Source of the DNA: an uncultured Gemmatimonadaceae bacterium
GTDB lineage: Bacteria; Gemmatimonadota; Gemmatimonadetes; Gemmatimonadales; Gemmatimonadaceae
Reading direction: 5' to 3'
DNA length: 64,000 nucleotides
Assembly (NCBI GenBank): GCA_963829055.1
Contig: CAWHHI010000008.1
Location: forward strand, 320,001-384,000
The notes beneath the pieces are model-generated. The model was not told the DNA's origin, searched no databases, and was given only the letters and a program-made list of their open reading frames with translations. A program made the position numbers and the translations under genes. Shown here piece by piece: positions 1 to 11,659 of this stretch (positions within the stretch are counted from its first letter, which is position 1; each line of letters opens with the position of its first letter).

Positions 1-46
1 TCGACGCTCGGTGGATGAAGACCCTCGGCGTGGAGGAACCTCGATC

Positions 47-842
47 GTGATCGCGCTGTGTGATGGCGTCGAGATCGGCTACGACGATGTCGGCACCGGG
101 ATGCCGGTGGCGTTCATTCACGGCTTTCCGCACAACCGGACGCTCTGGGCGCCGCAGGTGAGCGCGCTGGTGGATCGAGCGCGATGCATTGCGCTCGACC
201 TCCGCGGCTTCGGCGAGAGCTCGAAGAACGGCCCGTTCACCATCGACCAGTTCGCTGACGACGTCGCGATGCTGCTCCGGACGCTCGGGATCGAGCGCGC
301 CGTGGTCGCCGGGCTGTCGATGGGCGGCTACGTCGCGTTCGCGTTCTGGCGTCGCCATCGCGAGATGGTGCGCGCGCTCGTGCTGGCGGACACGCGCGCG
401 GGCGCGACAGCGAGGAGACGCGAGCGAAGCGAATCGCGCTGATCGATGCTCGCGCGCACACGCGGCAGCGGCGCCGTCGCGGACGGTCAGATCATCGGGA
501 TGATCGGCAAGTCCACGCGCGACAAGCGTCCTGCGCTGATCGACGACGTGCATCGCATGCTCGAGCAGCGCGTCGGTGGACGGAATCGCGGTGCGCTCGA
601 GGCCATGATGGGCCGCATCGACTCGACGCCGACGCTCGCGACGATCGACGTGCCGACGCTGGTGGTCGTTGGCGCGGAGGATGTGCTCACGCCGGTCAGC
701 GAGGCGGAGATCCTGCACGACGCGATTCGCGGAAGCGCACTCGAGGTGATCGAGCACGCCGGCCACGTGAGCAACCTCGAGCGGCCGGCGGCGTTCAACC
801 ACGTGCTGAGCGAGTTTCTGGCCGCGCTTGGACTACGCCTGA
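47..842 (+). CDS. Alpha/beta fold hydrolase (frameshifted near 415-445 and the 3' end)
   Basis: FIHGFP oxyanion motif, DLRGFGES, GLSMGG nucleophile elbow, VGAEDV and HAGHVSNLE; GGAGG at 32-36 before GTG 47; joins ORFs 11..442 and 446..889. Confidence 0.9.
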
Positions 843-851
843 GCGCGAGCC

Positions 852-1115
<264 letters not shown>

Positions 1116-1218
1116 TGCGGGCTCTGAGGGTAGCGATGGAGGTCGTTCGGTTATGATATCCGGCGCGGTGCCGGCCAGACAAGGGCGCGAGCCGAGCTCG
1201 CGTAAGTTATCATCCGCC

Positions 1219-1708
1219 ATGCGCCTCACGGTCAACGGCCGCATCTGCCAGCTCGACGTCGCCCCGGACGCCACGCTGCTCTCGGTTCTTCGGGACCAGC
1301 TTTATCTCACCGGCGCCAAGCCGTCGTGCGAGCGAGGCGAATGCGGTGCATGCACCGTGCTCGTCGCCGATCCCGACGGCAAGCCTGAGCCCGTCTACTC
1401 GCTGCCTCGCGCTCGCGCACGCCTACGAGGACGACTCCGTCACGACTATCGAAGGGCTCGCCGTCCGGCTCGGCGGCCTCATCCGGTGCAGGCCGCATTC
1501 ATCGAGCACGACGCCGTGCAGTGCGGGTTCTGCACGCCCGGACAGGTGCTCGCCGCAGTCGCGCTGCTTGCCGCGCGATCCCGACCCGTCGGACGAGGCG
1601 ATCGTGCAGGCCATGAGCGGCAACCTGTGTCGGTGCGGCACCTACCCGAAGATCGTTCGCGCGATCCACAGCGCCGCGTCGGCGATGCGAGGATCCAATG
1701 GCGATTGA
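1219..1708 (+). CDS. Xanthine dehydrogenase family (2Fe-2S) small subunit (frameshifted)
   Basis: [33 protein letters not shown] and [11 protein letters not shown] spread over two frames. Confidence 0.9.
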
Positions 1709-4134
1709 TACGCAGGGACACGCGTGACGCGCGGGCACGTTCCCCCGGCGGTTCGTCACGACCACGGTCGAGGTCGAGGGCCGCGAGGAGACGAAGGTCG
1801 TCGAGCTGCCCGAACACGAGCCGACGCCATGGGACGAGGACGCCGAGCTGCACATCGTCGGCCAGCGCGCGACCCGCGTGGATGCGCCGGAGAAGGTCGC
1901 GGCCGGGCTCGCTACACGGCGGACCTAACGCGTCCGCGGGCTGCTGCACGCCGCCATCCTTCGCTCGACGATCGCGCGCGGCGCGCGTGAGCCTCGACCT
2001 CGCGCCGGCGCGCGCCGTCGCCGGCGTCGTCGACGTCATTGGCAGCGCGGAGCTCGAGCGACGGATCCGACTCGCCGGCGGCGCGCTGTTCGACACGAGC
2101 GATTGCGTACGCGGGTCAGCCGCTCGCCGCGGTGTGTGCCGAGACCGCCGACGCCGCGTGGCGCGGCGTCGAGGCCATCGTCGCGCGCTACGAGCCGGAG
2201 CCGCACGTCGGGACCTTCGACGCCGCCGTGGCCGAGGGCGCGCCGACGGTGCGCCGATCGTCGAAGAAGCCTGCGTCCGACGACCCGGCGACGGTCGCCA
2301 AACCTGGCGCCCGGCGTCGCCGGACATCGTCGAGCGCGGCGACGTCACGCGCGGCCTGGCCGAGGCGGACGTCGTCGTTAGGCGCGAGTACCGCACGCCG
2401 GTGCAGCTGCACACGGCGCTCGAGCCGCACGGCGCCGTCGCCGAGTGGGACGGCGACCGGCTGACGATCTGGGAGTCGACGCAGGCGGTCTTCCGCGTTC
2501 GCGAGCAGGTCGCGCTCGGCCTCGGGATCAGCCAGTCGTCCGTGCGGGTCATCAAGGAGCACATGGGCGGCGGCTTCGGCGCGAAGACGTCGGCCGGCGC
2601 GCACACCTTCGTCGCGGCGATGCTCGCCCGTCGCACGGGTCGTCCGGTGCGCTGCGTCAACGACCGCGAGGCCGAACAGACCGACACCGGCAACCGTCCA
2701 TCGCACGGCAGCAGCGCGTCACGTTAGGCGCCCGGCGCGACGGCCGGCTCACCGCCATCGTCTGCGAGGCCGACGTGCCGCTCGGCATCGGCGGCTGGGA
2801 GGGCGGGCCGGCGGGCATGTTCCACGAGATGTACTCGTGTCCCAACGTGCGCACCGTGGAATCGCTTCGCCTGGGTGAACACGCCGGCGATGACGGCGTT
2901 CCGCGCGCCGGGCCACGTCGAGGGCGCGTTCGCGCTCGAGAGCGCAATGGATGCGCTCGCGCGCGAGCTCGGCATGGACCCGCTCGAGCTCCGCCGGGTC
3001 AACTTCGCCGAGCGCGACGAGAAGAAGGACCGGCCGTTCTCGAGCAACCGGCTGCGCGAGTGCTACGACCGCGGCGCCGCGACGGTTCGATTGGGACGCG
3101 CCGCGCGCGTCGAGCGGACGGTGGCGTCGCGGCAAGGGGATGGCGGCGCAGGTCTGGGGCGCGGGCGGCGGCCCACCCGCGTACGCGATCGTCAAGATCA
3201 ACGGCGACGGCTCGGCCGACGTGCTCACGGGCACGCAGGACCTCGGCACCGGCTCGCGGACGATCCTCGCGCAGATCGCCGCCGAGTCGTTAGGCGCGCG
3301 GCTCGCAGGACGTGCGCATCGTGCTCGGCGACACCGAGCGGACGCCGTACACGGGCCCATCGTGGGGATCGATGACGACGGCGTCGGTCGGCCCGGCGGT
3401 GCGCGTGTCGCGGCCGAGGATGCGCTGCGCCAACTGCTCGAGGCGGCGTCGGAGGTGCTCGACGTCCATCGTCACGGCTGACGACGCGACGGACAGCGTC
3501 ATCGCGACGGAGGACGGCACCGGCATCGATCACGTTCCGCTCGTTCTGCGACCGGCTCGGCGACGTCATGATCCTCGGACGCGGCGCGCGCGGCCCGAAT
3601 CCCGACAGGCGTCGGGCTGGCGAGCTTCGGCGCGCAGTTCGCCGAGGTCGAGGTCGACGTCGACACGGGCGTGGTTCGCGTGCTCCGCATCGTCGCGGTG
3701 CACGACGCGGGACGCATCATCAACCCGACGCTGGCCGAGAGCCAGGTCGAGGGCGGCATCATCCAGGGGCTCGGCTACGCGCTGTTCGAGGAGCGCGTGC
3801 TCGACCCGGCGACCGGCCGGCATGCTCAACGCGAACATGCACGACTACAAGATCCCGACGATCGGCGACGTGCCGCGGATCGACGTCGAGCTGCTGGACG
3901 TCGCCGGATCCGACGGCGAATCACACGGGCGCGCGCGGCCTCGCGGAGCCGCCGATCATCCCGACGGCGCCGGCGATCGCGAACGCGGTGGCGAACGCGA
4001 TCGGCGTCGAGGTGCACGAGCTCCCGCTGACGCCGTGGCGCGTGTTAGGCGCCTTCGTCATCCCGAGCGTAGAACCCTGTCATCCCGAGCGCAGGACCTT
4101 GTCATCCCGAGCGGCAGCGAGGGATCTCCTGTGA
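1698..4134 (+). CDS. Xanthine dehydrogenase family molybdopterin-binding large subunit (multiple frameshifts)
   Basis: HTALEPH, MGGGFGAK, AFRAPG, QDLGTG, DAGRIINP...QVEGGIIQGLG, DYKIPT and GARGLAEPP motifs in successive frames. Confidence 0.88.
4057..4130. repeat. Three direct copies of GTCATCCCGAGCG with 22-bp period (REP-like element arms)
   Basis: Copies start at 4057, 4079 and 4101; the last continues GCAGCGAGGGATC, like the elements at 15259 and 52306. Confidence 0.85.
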
Positions 4135-4352
4135 TGCTCCGGTAGCCTGTTCGCACCACGAGTACAGTCGAACGCGCAGACTCCAACTACGCAACGCAGA
4201 CCGACACAGGCGGCCGCGACGCGGCGCATCGCAGACACACGCAGAAAACAGCCGCTCGGGACGCCGACGGTGCACCAGGCCTTGGCGAGGGACCGCATTG
4301 GGACGCATGAGAGGCTGCGAACGTCCGCCGTCTTCACCCCCGCGCAACAACG

Positions 4353-4670
4353 CTAGCCCAACGCTCTCCACGGCGGCGGGTCGCCGCGCTTCCGCTTCAG
4401 CTCGGGGTTGTAGCGGTAGAACGTCGCCGTCTTGCCGATGACCTGCACGACCGTGGAGTCCGTTGCGGTCGCGAGCTCCGCCGCCGCTTCCTTCGCCGTG
4501 AGATCGACGTTGCGTCCGAGCTGGACCTTCACCAGCTCGTGTGTCCGCAGCGCGTCGTCGAGTGACTGAATGACCGTTGGACTCAGGCCGTGCTGGCCGA
4601 CGTGCACCAGGGCCGTGAGATGATGCGCTTCCGCGCGGAGCTCGGCGCGGTCGCGCCCGGACAGGGTCAT
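4353..4670 (-). CDS. yhbY: YhbY/CRM-domain RNA-binding protein
   Basis: LRAEAHHL, VGQHGL, HELVKV, VQVIGK..FYR. Confidence 0.92.
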   Translation of the reverse strand: MTLSGRDRAELRAEAHHLTALVHVGQHGLSPTVIQSLDDALRTHELVKVQLGRNVDLTAKEAAAELATATDSTVVQVIGKTATFYRYNPELKRKRGDPPPWRALG

Positions 4671-5230
4671 CGTGGTTCTCCGGTCTTCACGAAATAGGGC
4701 CGAGGGTCGAGGGCGTCACCGTCCCACCAGCGCGCGTCGAAGCGTGCGCGCATCAGCTGGAAATGTAGGTGCGGGGTGTCCGGAGGCGCGTTGCCCGTGG
4801 TGCCGACGTAGCCAATGACTTCGCCCTGCGTGAGCTTCGCGCCTTCGGTGAGCCCCGGCCGAAACGTATCGAGGTGCGCGTAGTAAAACATCCAGTGCCG
4901 CGCGCTGTCCGTCGCGTAGATGGACCGCCCGCCCGGGCCCGTTTCGCGGATGCGATAGACGTTGCCGTCCGCGACCGCCATGACAGGCGTCCCGCGCGCC
5001 GCGAGAAAATCGATTGCGCGGTGCGTGCGGTCCCCGCGGGCCGCGTTGAACGTGTCGGGCACGCGAGCAGGCGACACGCCCGCCACCGGTACCATCAGCG
5101 CTGGCGGCGCGTCGGCGGACGTGGGCGACGGTGGTGCCGGCGCTCGCGCCGGCCGGCTCGCGCAGCCCGCCGCGAAGAACAGCAGCGAGCAGGCGCAAGC
5201 CGGTACACCCGGTATCCGGCGAAGCCGCAA
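4667..5230 (-). CDS. M23 family metallopeptidase, probable lipoprotein
   Basis: HRAIDF, YYAHL, IGYVGTTGNA, PHLHF; lipobox-like FAAGC. Confidence 0.9.
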   Translation of the reverse strand: MRLRRIPGVPACACSLLFFAAGCASRPARAPAPPSPTSADAPPALMVPVAGVSPARVPDTFNAARGDRTHRAIDFLAARGTPVMAVADGNVYRIRETGPGGRSIYATDSARHWMFYYAHLDTFRPGLTEGAKLTQGEVIGYVGTTGNAPPDTPHLHFQLMRARFDARWWDGDALDPRPYFVKTGEPR

Positions 5231-5245
5231 CGACTGCCTAACGAT

Positions 5246-5927
5246 CTACCCCGCGTAGCAGTACGTGCATTTTCCCTTCTCCTGCGCGCGGTGCACGGCG
5301 AGCACGCCGGACGGTACGAGGGTGAACCCGGGGATGAGCCCCTTCTCCATCTCCGCCTTCGCCGCGTCCGCGGTCATCCCCAGTTTCTGTCGCCAGGATT
5401 CCGCTGATGACGGTGTGCGCCACGTTGCACACGACGAACGTCACACCGCGGTCCTGCAGCTTCTCGATCGCCATCCCGGGGAATGGAACGTCGCCAGCCT
5501 TGGAGTGGAAGAAAATGTTTCGCGTGGCAGGCGCCTTCGTGGCCGGGTCCGTGATGCTGACGAACTCGCCGAGCTTGTACTTCGCCCAGATGGCGTCGTT
5601 ATACGCCATGGGGATCGAGAAGTGACGCAAGCCGATCACCGCGTTCAGATCCTTGTCGGTCCCGCCGTACGTCGACTTCATCGTGTCCAGCCAATTCATC
5701 GCATAGCCGAGAACCCACCCCGAATTCACGGCGGTCGCGTCGAAGTACTGGCGGTTCTTCCCTTTGAGATTGTCCAGCCACTTGTCGTCGAACGGCGAGC
5801 TTGGCAGCAGCGAGTCGGCATGCAACAGCGCGGGCGCTGCCAACAGCGCGACGGTGCTGGCGCCGACCTGCGTGAGAAATCCGCGGCGCGCGCTGTCGTT
5901 GGGGGAGTCGGAATCGTGGGTACTCAT
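5246..5927 (-). CDS. Tat-exported DsrE-like protein (frameshift near the C-terminus)
   Basis: ARRGFL twin-arginine signal; LQDRGVTFVVCNVAH; alternative frame ends GKCTYCYAG*. Confidence 0.65.
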
Positions 5928-6138
5928 GGCTGCTTTCTCCTTCCGAGGGGTGCGGTCGATGGTCCTGACGGCGACGCCCGGACCTCTCGACCCGGTATGA
6001 CGATACGGGTTCTGGGCTGAGACGCAACTGCCCAATCGGCGATCGGATGTCGGCAGAAAAAAGCCGACACCGACGCCGCCGATACCTAATCGCCAAACCG
6101 GGCTGGAAGCGGACACGCCGTTCGTCGCTGGCCGCTCC

Positions 6139-7477
<1,339 letters not shown>

Positions 7478-7481
7478 TTGT

Positions 7482-7570
7482 CTGACTCCCTACGCCGGTG
7501 CGAACCGGATCAGGTTCAACGGGACTCTCTCAGCCGTATGACTCCGAATGAGCCATGGCACCCCGGTCAG
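7482..7570 (-). promoter_or_regulatory. TPP riboswitch
   Basis: Minus strand reads GGGGTGCC...GGCTGAGAGAGTCCCGTTGAACCTGATCCGG...ACCGGCGTAGGGAG immediately upstream of thiC. Confidence 0.95.
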
Positions 7571-7606
7571 CGGCGAATACTAGCAGCACGGTTGCTACAA
7601 CTACTA

Positions 7607-7651
7607 GCTGGTGGCTGGGTGCTCGTGCTTGTTGCTGGGTGACGCTGGGTG
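7607..7651. repeat. Left arm of a perfect 45-bp inverted repeat
   Basis: GCTGGTGGCTGGGTGCTCGTGCTTGTTGCTGGGTGACGCTGGGTG is the exact reverse complement of 8233-8277. Confidence 0.95.
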
Positions 7652-7722
7652 CGGCGGCGATACGGATCGTACGCGCGACGCCGTGATGACGGTTCGACGA
7701 CGCCGCCTGCGTACACTCAGGC

Positions 7723-8212
7723 ATGGAAGAACCCGAAGGACTTCTCGAGTGGGCAGTCAGCGTCCCGGACGTCATGCGCGACGATCCGATCTGGCGACTA
7801 CCAGCCTATCGGTACGCGCTGTTCCTCGGAGATCTCGTGCAGAACGATGCCCCGGCGATACAGCGCGACCCTCGAACACGGCGTCATCTCGACCAGCTAC
7901 TCGACGCCGTTGGGATCGATCAGCGCGAATATCGCCGAGGGTTACTCGCGAACGACGGGGCCAGAGCGGGCGAAGTTCTTCGAGTATGCACACAGCTCAG
8001 CGCGCGAAGCCAGGGACTGGCTATTCAAGGTGCGGCATGCGCTGGACCCTAACGTGGCAACCGCGCGTATACAGCTCGCAACACGGATCATGAAAATCCT
8101 GACGGTCGCGATTCCACGCGAACGAGCGGACCCAGAATCTCGCGCGCGCCGATGGGAGCGACGCCCGCCCGCGTCGGGCGAAGCGCCCGAGCCGCCGGCG
8201 ACCGGGACCTGA
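7723..8212 (+). CDS. Four helix bundle protein (23S rRNA IVP-like family; frameshift near 7912)
   Basis: IWRLPAYRYAL...DQLLDAVG joined to SISANIAEGYSR...FFEYAHSSAREARDW. Confidence 0.88.
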
Positions 8213-8232
8213 CGCGAGTTGTGTGTCGCCCT

Positions 8233-8277
8233 CACCCAGCGTCACCCAGCAACAAGCACGAGCACCCAGCCACCAGC
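8233..8277. repeat. Right arm of the 45-bp inverted repeat
   Basis: CACCCAGCGTCACCCAGCAACAAGCACGAGCACCCAGCCACCAGC. Confidence 0.95.
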
Positions 8278-8290
8278 CCCGCCGTTGTCG

Positions 8291-9260
8291 TTAGGCAGCG
8301 ACCTCAGCCTGCAGCGGAAATCCATGCTGCTTCCGTCCGATATCGGCCTCATGCTTCGCCGTCGTCTTGTACAGCTCGAATCGTCCGTCGGCCGCGAGAC
8401 CGGCAACCCGCGCACGCAGCGCCTGCCATTTCGTCGTCCGACATCGGAACAAAGCCCGCAGCGATGCGCACGTTCTGACGCAGCACGCGCATCGAGTCGA
8501 TGCCGCTTACCGTCGTCGTCACCGGGAGACTCATCGCGTAGCGTAGCGCCTCCTCGGCCGTCACGACGCGTTTGCGGACTGCGTCGCCCTCGCCGCCCAT
8601 GCTCTTCATGCCGAGGATCGCGAGGCCCTGGCGTCTCGCTTCCGGCAACACCGCCTGCTCGAACGAACGGAACGACGCGTCGAAGCAGTTGAGCGGCATC
8701 TGCACCGAGTCGAACGGGAAGCCGTGCGACAGCATCTCCAGATGGATCTCCGGCAGTTTGTGTCCGGTAAAGCCCACGTAGCGCACGAGCCCGCGCTCCT
8801 TCGCTTCAACGAGCGCCTCGATCACACCGCCTGACGCGAAGTGGTGCTCGGGATCGTTAGGGTACACGCACTCGTGTACCTGCCAGAGATCGAGGTGGTC
8901 GGTCTTGAGGCGCTTGAGGCTTTGCGTCAGCTGGCGCATGGCGACTTTGCGGTCGCGGCCGTGGGTGCAGACTTTCGTCATGAGGAAGACCTGGTCACGA
9001 CGATCGACCAGCGCCTTCCCCATGATCTCCTCGCTCTCGCCCTCGTTGTACTCCCACGCGTTGTCCATGAACGTGATGCCGCGATCGATCGCCGCGTGCA
9101 CGATCCGGATCGCCTCGCGCTGGTTGCCCACGACCCCGAGATGATAGCCGCCGAGTGCGAGGGCGCTGACGGTTTCGGCCGCGCGACCGAAGGGGCGCTT
9201 GGGAATCTCACCGTCACTGGCGCGCGGGACGCTCGTCCGGCGCGATTTCGTCGTAGGCAT
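8291..9260 (-). CDS. Aldo/keto reductase (frameshift near the 3' end)
   Basis: LALGG, GITFMDNAWEY, FLMTK, SLKRLKTDHLDLWQVH, GFTGH. Confidence 0.92.
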
Positions 9261-9340
9261 GGCGGTCCTGGCAGCTGGAGGGCAGGTCGAAGACTGTGAT
9301 CCAGGTCGCAGGAACTGCGCCGACGGGCGCGTGCCCGTGT

Positions 9341-9500
9341 GTCATTCCGAGCGGTGTTGTCATTCCGAGCGGAGGGCCGAAGGCGCGCGGGTGCCCTCGG
9401 GCGCATGAGGAATCCTCGGCGTCCCGGTAGAGAGCCCTCTACCCGTTATGGTCTCGATTCCTCGACTCCGCCGCTGCGCGGCTCCGCTCGGAATGACAAC
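9341..9500. repeat. Palindromic REP/MITE-like element, subtype A (GTCATTCC)
   Basis: 18-bp terminal IR GTTGTCATTCCGAGCGGA (9356) / TCCGCTCGGAATGACAAC (9483); extra left arm at 9341; internal GAGGAATC...GATTCCTC. Confidence 0.85.
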
Positions 9501-9569
9501 ACGACACGGACTGGAAACCAATGCCAGGGTCCGGTGTACGATCAACCAACCAAGAACCTTACGGACCCC

Positions 9570-10061
9570 ATGACTATGACCTCCTTGCTTCGTTCGAGTC
9601 GTTCCCTGCTCGGTGCTCTCGCGTTGCTGCCATTGCTCGCAGCGTGTGACAGCGTCACCGGCACCGATGATCTCAGTCGCGCGCAGTCCGAGCTCGACCG
9701 CAACTGGAATCGCTTCGAGAGCTCAGCACCGTTGAGCTACTCGTACACTGTGCGCGTCAACTGCGAATGCCCCTCCGAGATCACGCGCCCGGTGGTGGTG
9801 TGGGTCGATCGCGGATCGATCGAGTATCAGTACTACGAGGACACGGGGCGCCCGGTCCCGCTCTCGATCTCGAACTCGTTCCCGAGCGCCGAGCAGCTCT
9901 TCGACGCGATTCAGGATGGCATCGACCGCCGCGCCGACAACATCGACGTGCAGTACGACTTCACGTACGGCTATCCGACGAGCGTCTACATCGACTATGA
10001 CCGCCGCGTGTCGGATGAGGAGCTCTCGTTGACGACGCGCGGGTTGACGCGCTGGGACTGA
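9570..10061 (+). CDS. Lipoprotein, DUF6174-like
   Basis: Lipobox LAAC; YSYTVRVNCEC and VQYDFTYGYPTSVYID..SDEE. Confidence 0.75.
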   Translation: MTMTSLLRSSRSLLGALALLPLLAACDSVTGTDDLSRAQSELDRNWNRFESSAPLSYSYTVRVNCECPSEITRPVVVWVDRGSIEYQYYEDTGRPVPLSISNSFPSAEQLFDAIQDGIDRRADNIDVQYDFTYGYPTSVYIDYDRRVSDEELSLTTRGLTRWD

Positions 10062-10065
10062 GCGA

Positions 10066-10194
10066 GTCGATTCCGAGCGGAGGACCGAGGGACGGGAGTC
10101 GAGGAATCGCGATCTCCCGCAGAGGGGCCCTCTACCGCGTATGATCGCGATTCCTCGACTCCCCGGTCCTCCGGTCCCCAGTCCCCGGAATGAC
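10066..10194. repeat. Palindromic element, subtype A, between convergent genes
   Basis: GGAGTCGAGGAATCGCGATC...GATCGCGATTCCTCGACTCC stem; ends GGAATGAC. Confidence 0.8.
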
Positions 10195-10199
10195 CCGCG

Positions 10200-11634
10200 T
10201 TAGGCAGCCCTGTCGATACACGCCGGCCGGCTGTTCAGCGCCGGGTTGTTCTCCTCGGCCTGCGGGACCGGCAGGTTCACGTCAGCACCGTAGTTACCGC
10301 CCCGGTAGTGCTCGCCCACCGGGAAGACCTGGTCCGCCGTCCGACCGTACTGGCGGATCAGCCGGCGCATGTCACCCAGCCGCTGGCCGCGGCTGAACGT
10401 CCAGAACGCCTTCTCGCGGAAGTAGAGATCCTCCGCCAGCTTCTGCGTCGCCGGAACCGCCAGCGCCGCCATCGCCGTGGGCTGGATCTCCCCGAGCTTC
10501 GGTGGCGTTGCGCGCAGGGCGTTGAGGATCGTCATCGTCCCCACGATGTCGCCCGCCTTGAGCCGCCCCTCCGCCTCGATCAGCCGCGCGTCGAGCCCGT
10601 TCACGACGGGCACGGGCGTTAGGCGGCCCCAGAGCGTCGTCGTCCGCGCGAACGTCTTCCCGTCCTGCGACTTCGTCGTGTCACGCCCATTGGACGCGAG
10701 CACGTACTGCGCGGGAACGCGCGGATCCTTCGCCGACACGAACGGGATCGCGTTTCGCACGAGCAGGTTCCGTGCGTTCCCCTCGAGACTGTCGCCAACC
10801 GCATACCGCAGCTGGCTGTTCGGTTGGCTCCAGAGAATGTTGCTGCCCGACGTCACCGCGAACGTGACCTCGTAGCTGAAGCTCGTCGGCACGGCGGTCG
10901 TCGGTACGAGCGCGGCCGCCTCCGCCTGCCGATTCAGTCCAACGAGTGCACGAGCTTTCGTCACCAGCAACGCGCGACGGATCTTCGTCCCGTCCGCATC
11001 CGTCGCGGTCTGCACGAGGGCGAGCCCCGAATCCGCGGACGCAATGGCCACCTGGAACACCTCGGCCCCGGTGCGCGGTGTGTCGTACTCGATCTCGGCG
11101 TTACTGCCATTGGTCAGCGGAATGCCGTTACAGAAGTCGCTCGCCATCTGCATCTCCGCGAACGCGCGAGCGAAGTACAGCTCGGCGATGCGCGCGACCT
11201 CCGTCGGACGGAACTCGTTCATCGACTTGATCGCCTGCGTCGACGACGTGCGGACGCGCGCCAGGTCGCGGAACATGCCCTCCACGGTGCCGTTGTTCGT
11301 CTGGGTGGAACGCTGATCCGTCTCGTCGTTCTGCACGAACGTCGAGCTCGTGGACCACTCGTCCGCGAGCAAACCGCCGAACAACCAACTGCTCCCCTCT
11401 CCGTTGGATCCGCGCAGTCGCCTGACGAAGACGTCCGAGCGCGCCGAAGTAGAGCGCCTGCGCGCCCTCGATGGAGTTCACCGCGATCGGATCGATGATG
11501 TCGGGGTCGGTCGCTTCGAGAAGCGAGTCCTTCGTGCCACAGGCAACGAGCCCGCCCATCAGCGGGAGGACGGCTACGGCCACGGCTCCGACGGCGTTCC
11601 GGAGCCGGCCGCTCAACGCGATTGTATTCATCAT
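10200..11634 (-). CDS. RagB/SusD family lipoprotein 1 (frameshift near 11400-11440)
   Basis: Lipobox LVAC; GGLLADEW, ARLIEAE, REKAFW..GQRLGDMRRLIRQY; directly downstream of susC. Confidence 0.88.
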
Positions 11635-11659
11635 GGGTCGATTGAGTCGTCGTTAGGCG

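Noticed and set aside
4057..4130. Mini CRISPR array
   Set aside because: 13-bp repeats with 9-bp spacers are far too short, there are no cas genes, and the unit matches the palindromic element arm.
7723..8212. DGR accessory (Avd) gene
   Set aside because: No reverse transcriptase or TR/VR pair in the window. The flp1/flp2 differences are not adenine-specific.
7607..8277. Classical IS element
   Set aside because: The enclosed ORF has no transposase motifs and no target-site duplication is visible.
9339..9569. N-terminal extension of the lipoprotein through the palindromic element
   Set aside because: The signal peptide and lipobox fit a start at 9570, so the upstream open frame is probably incidental.
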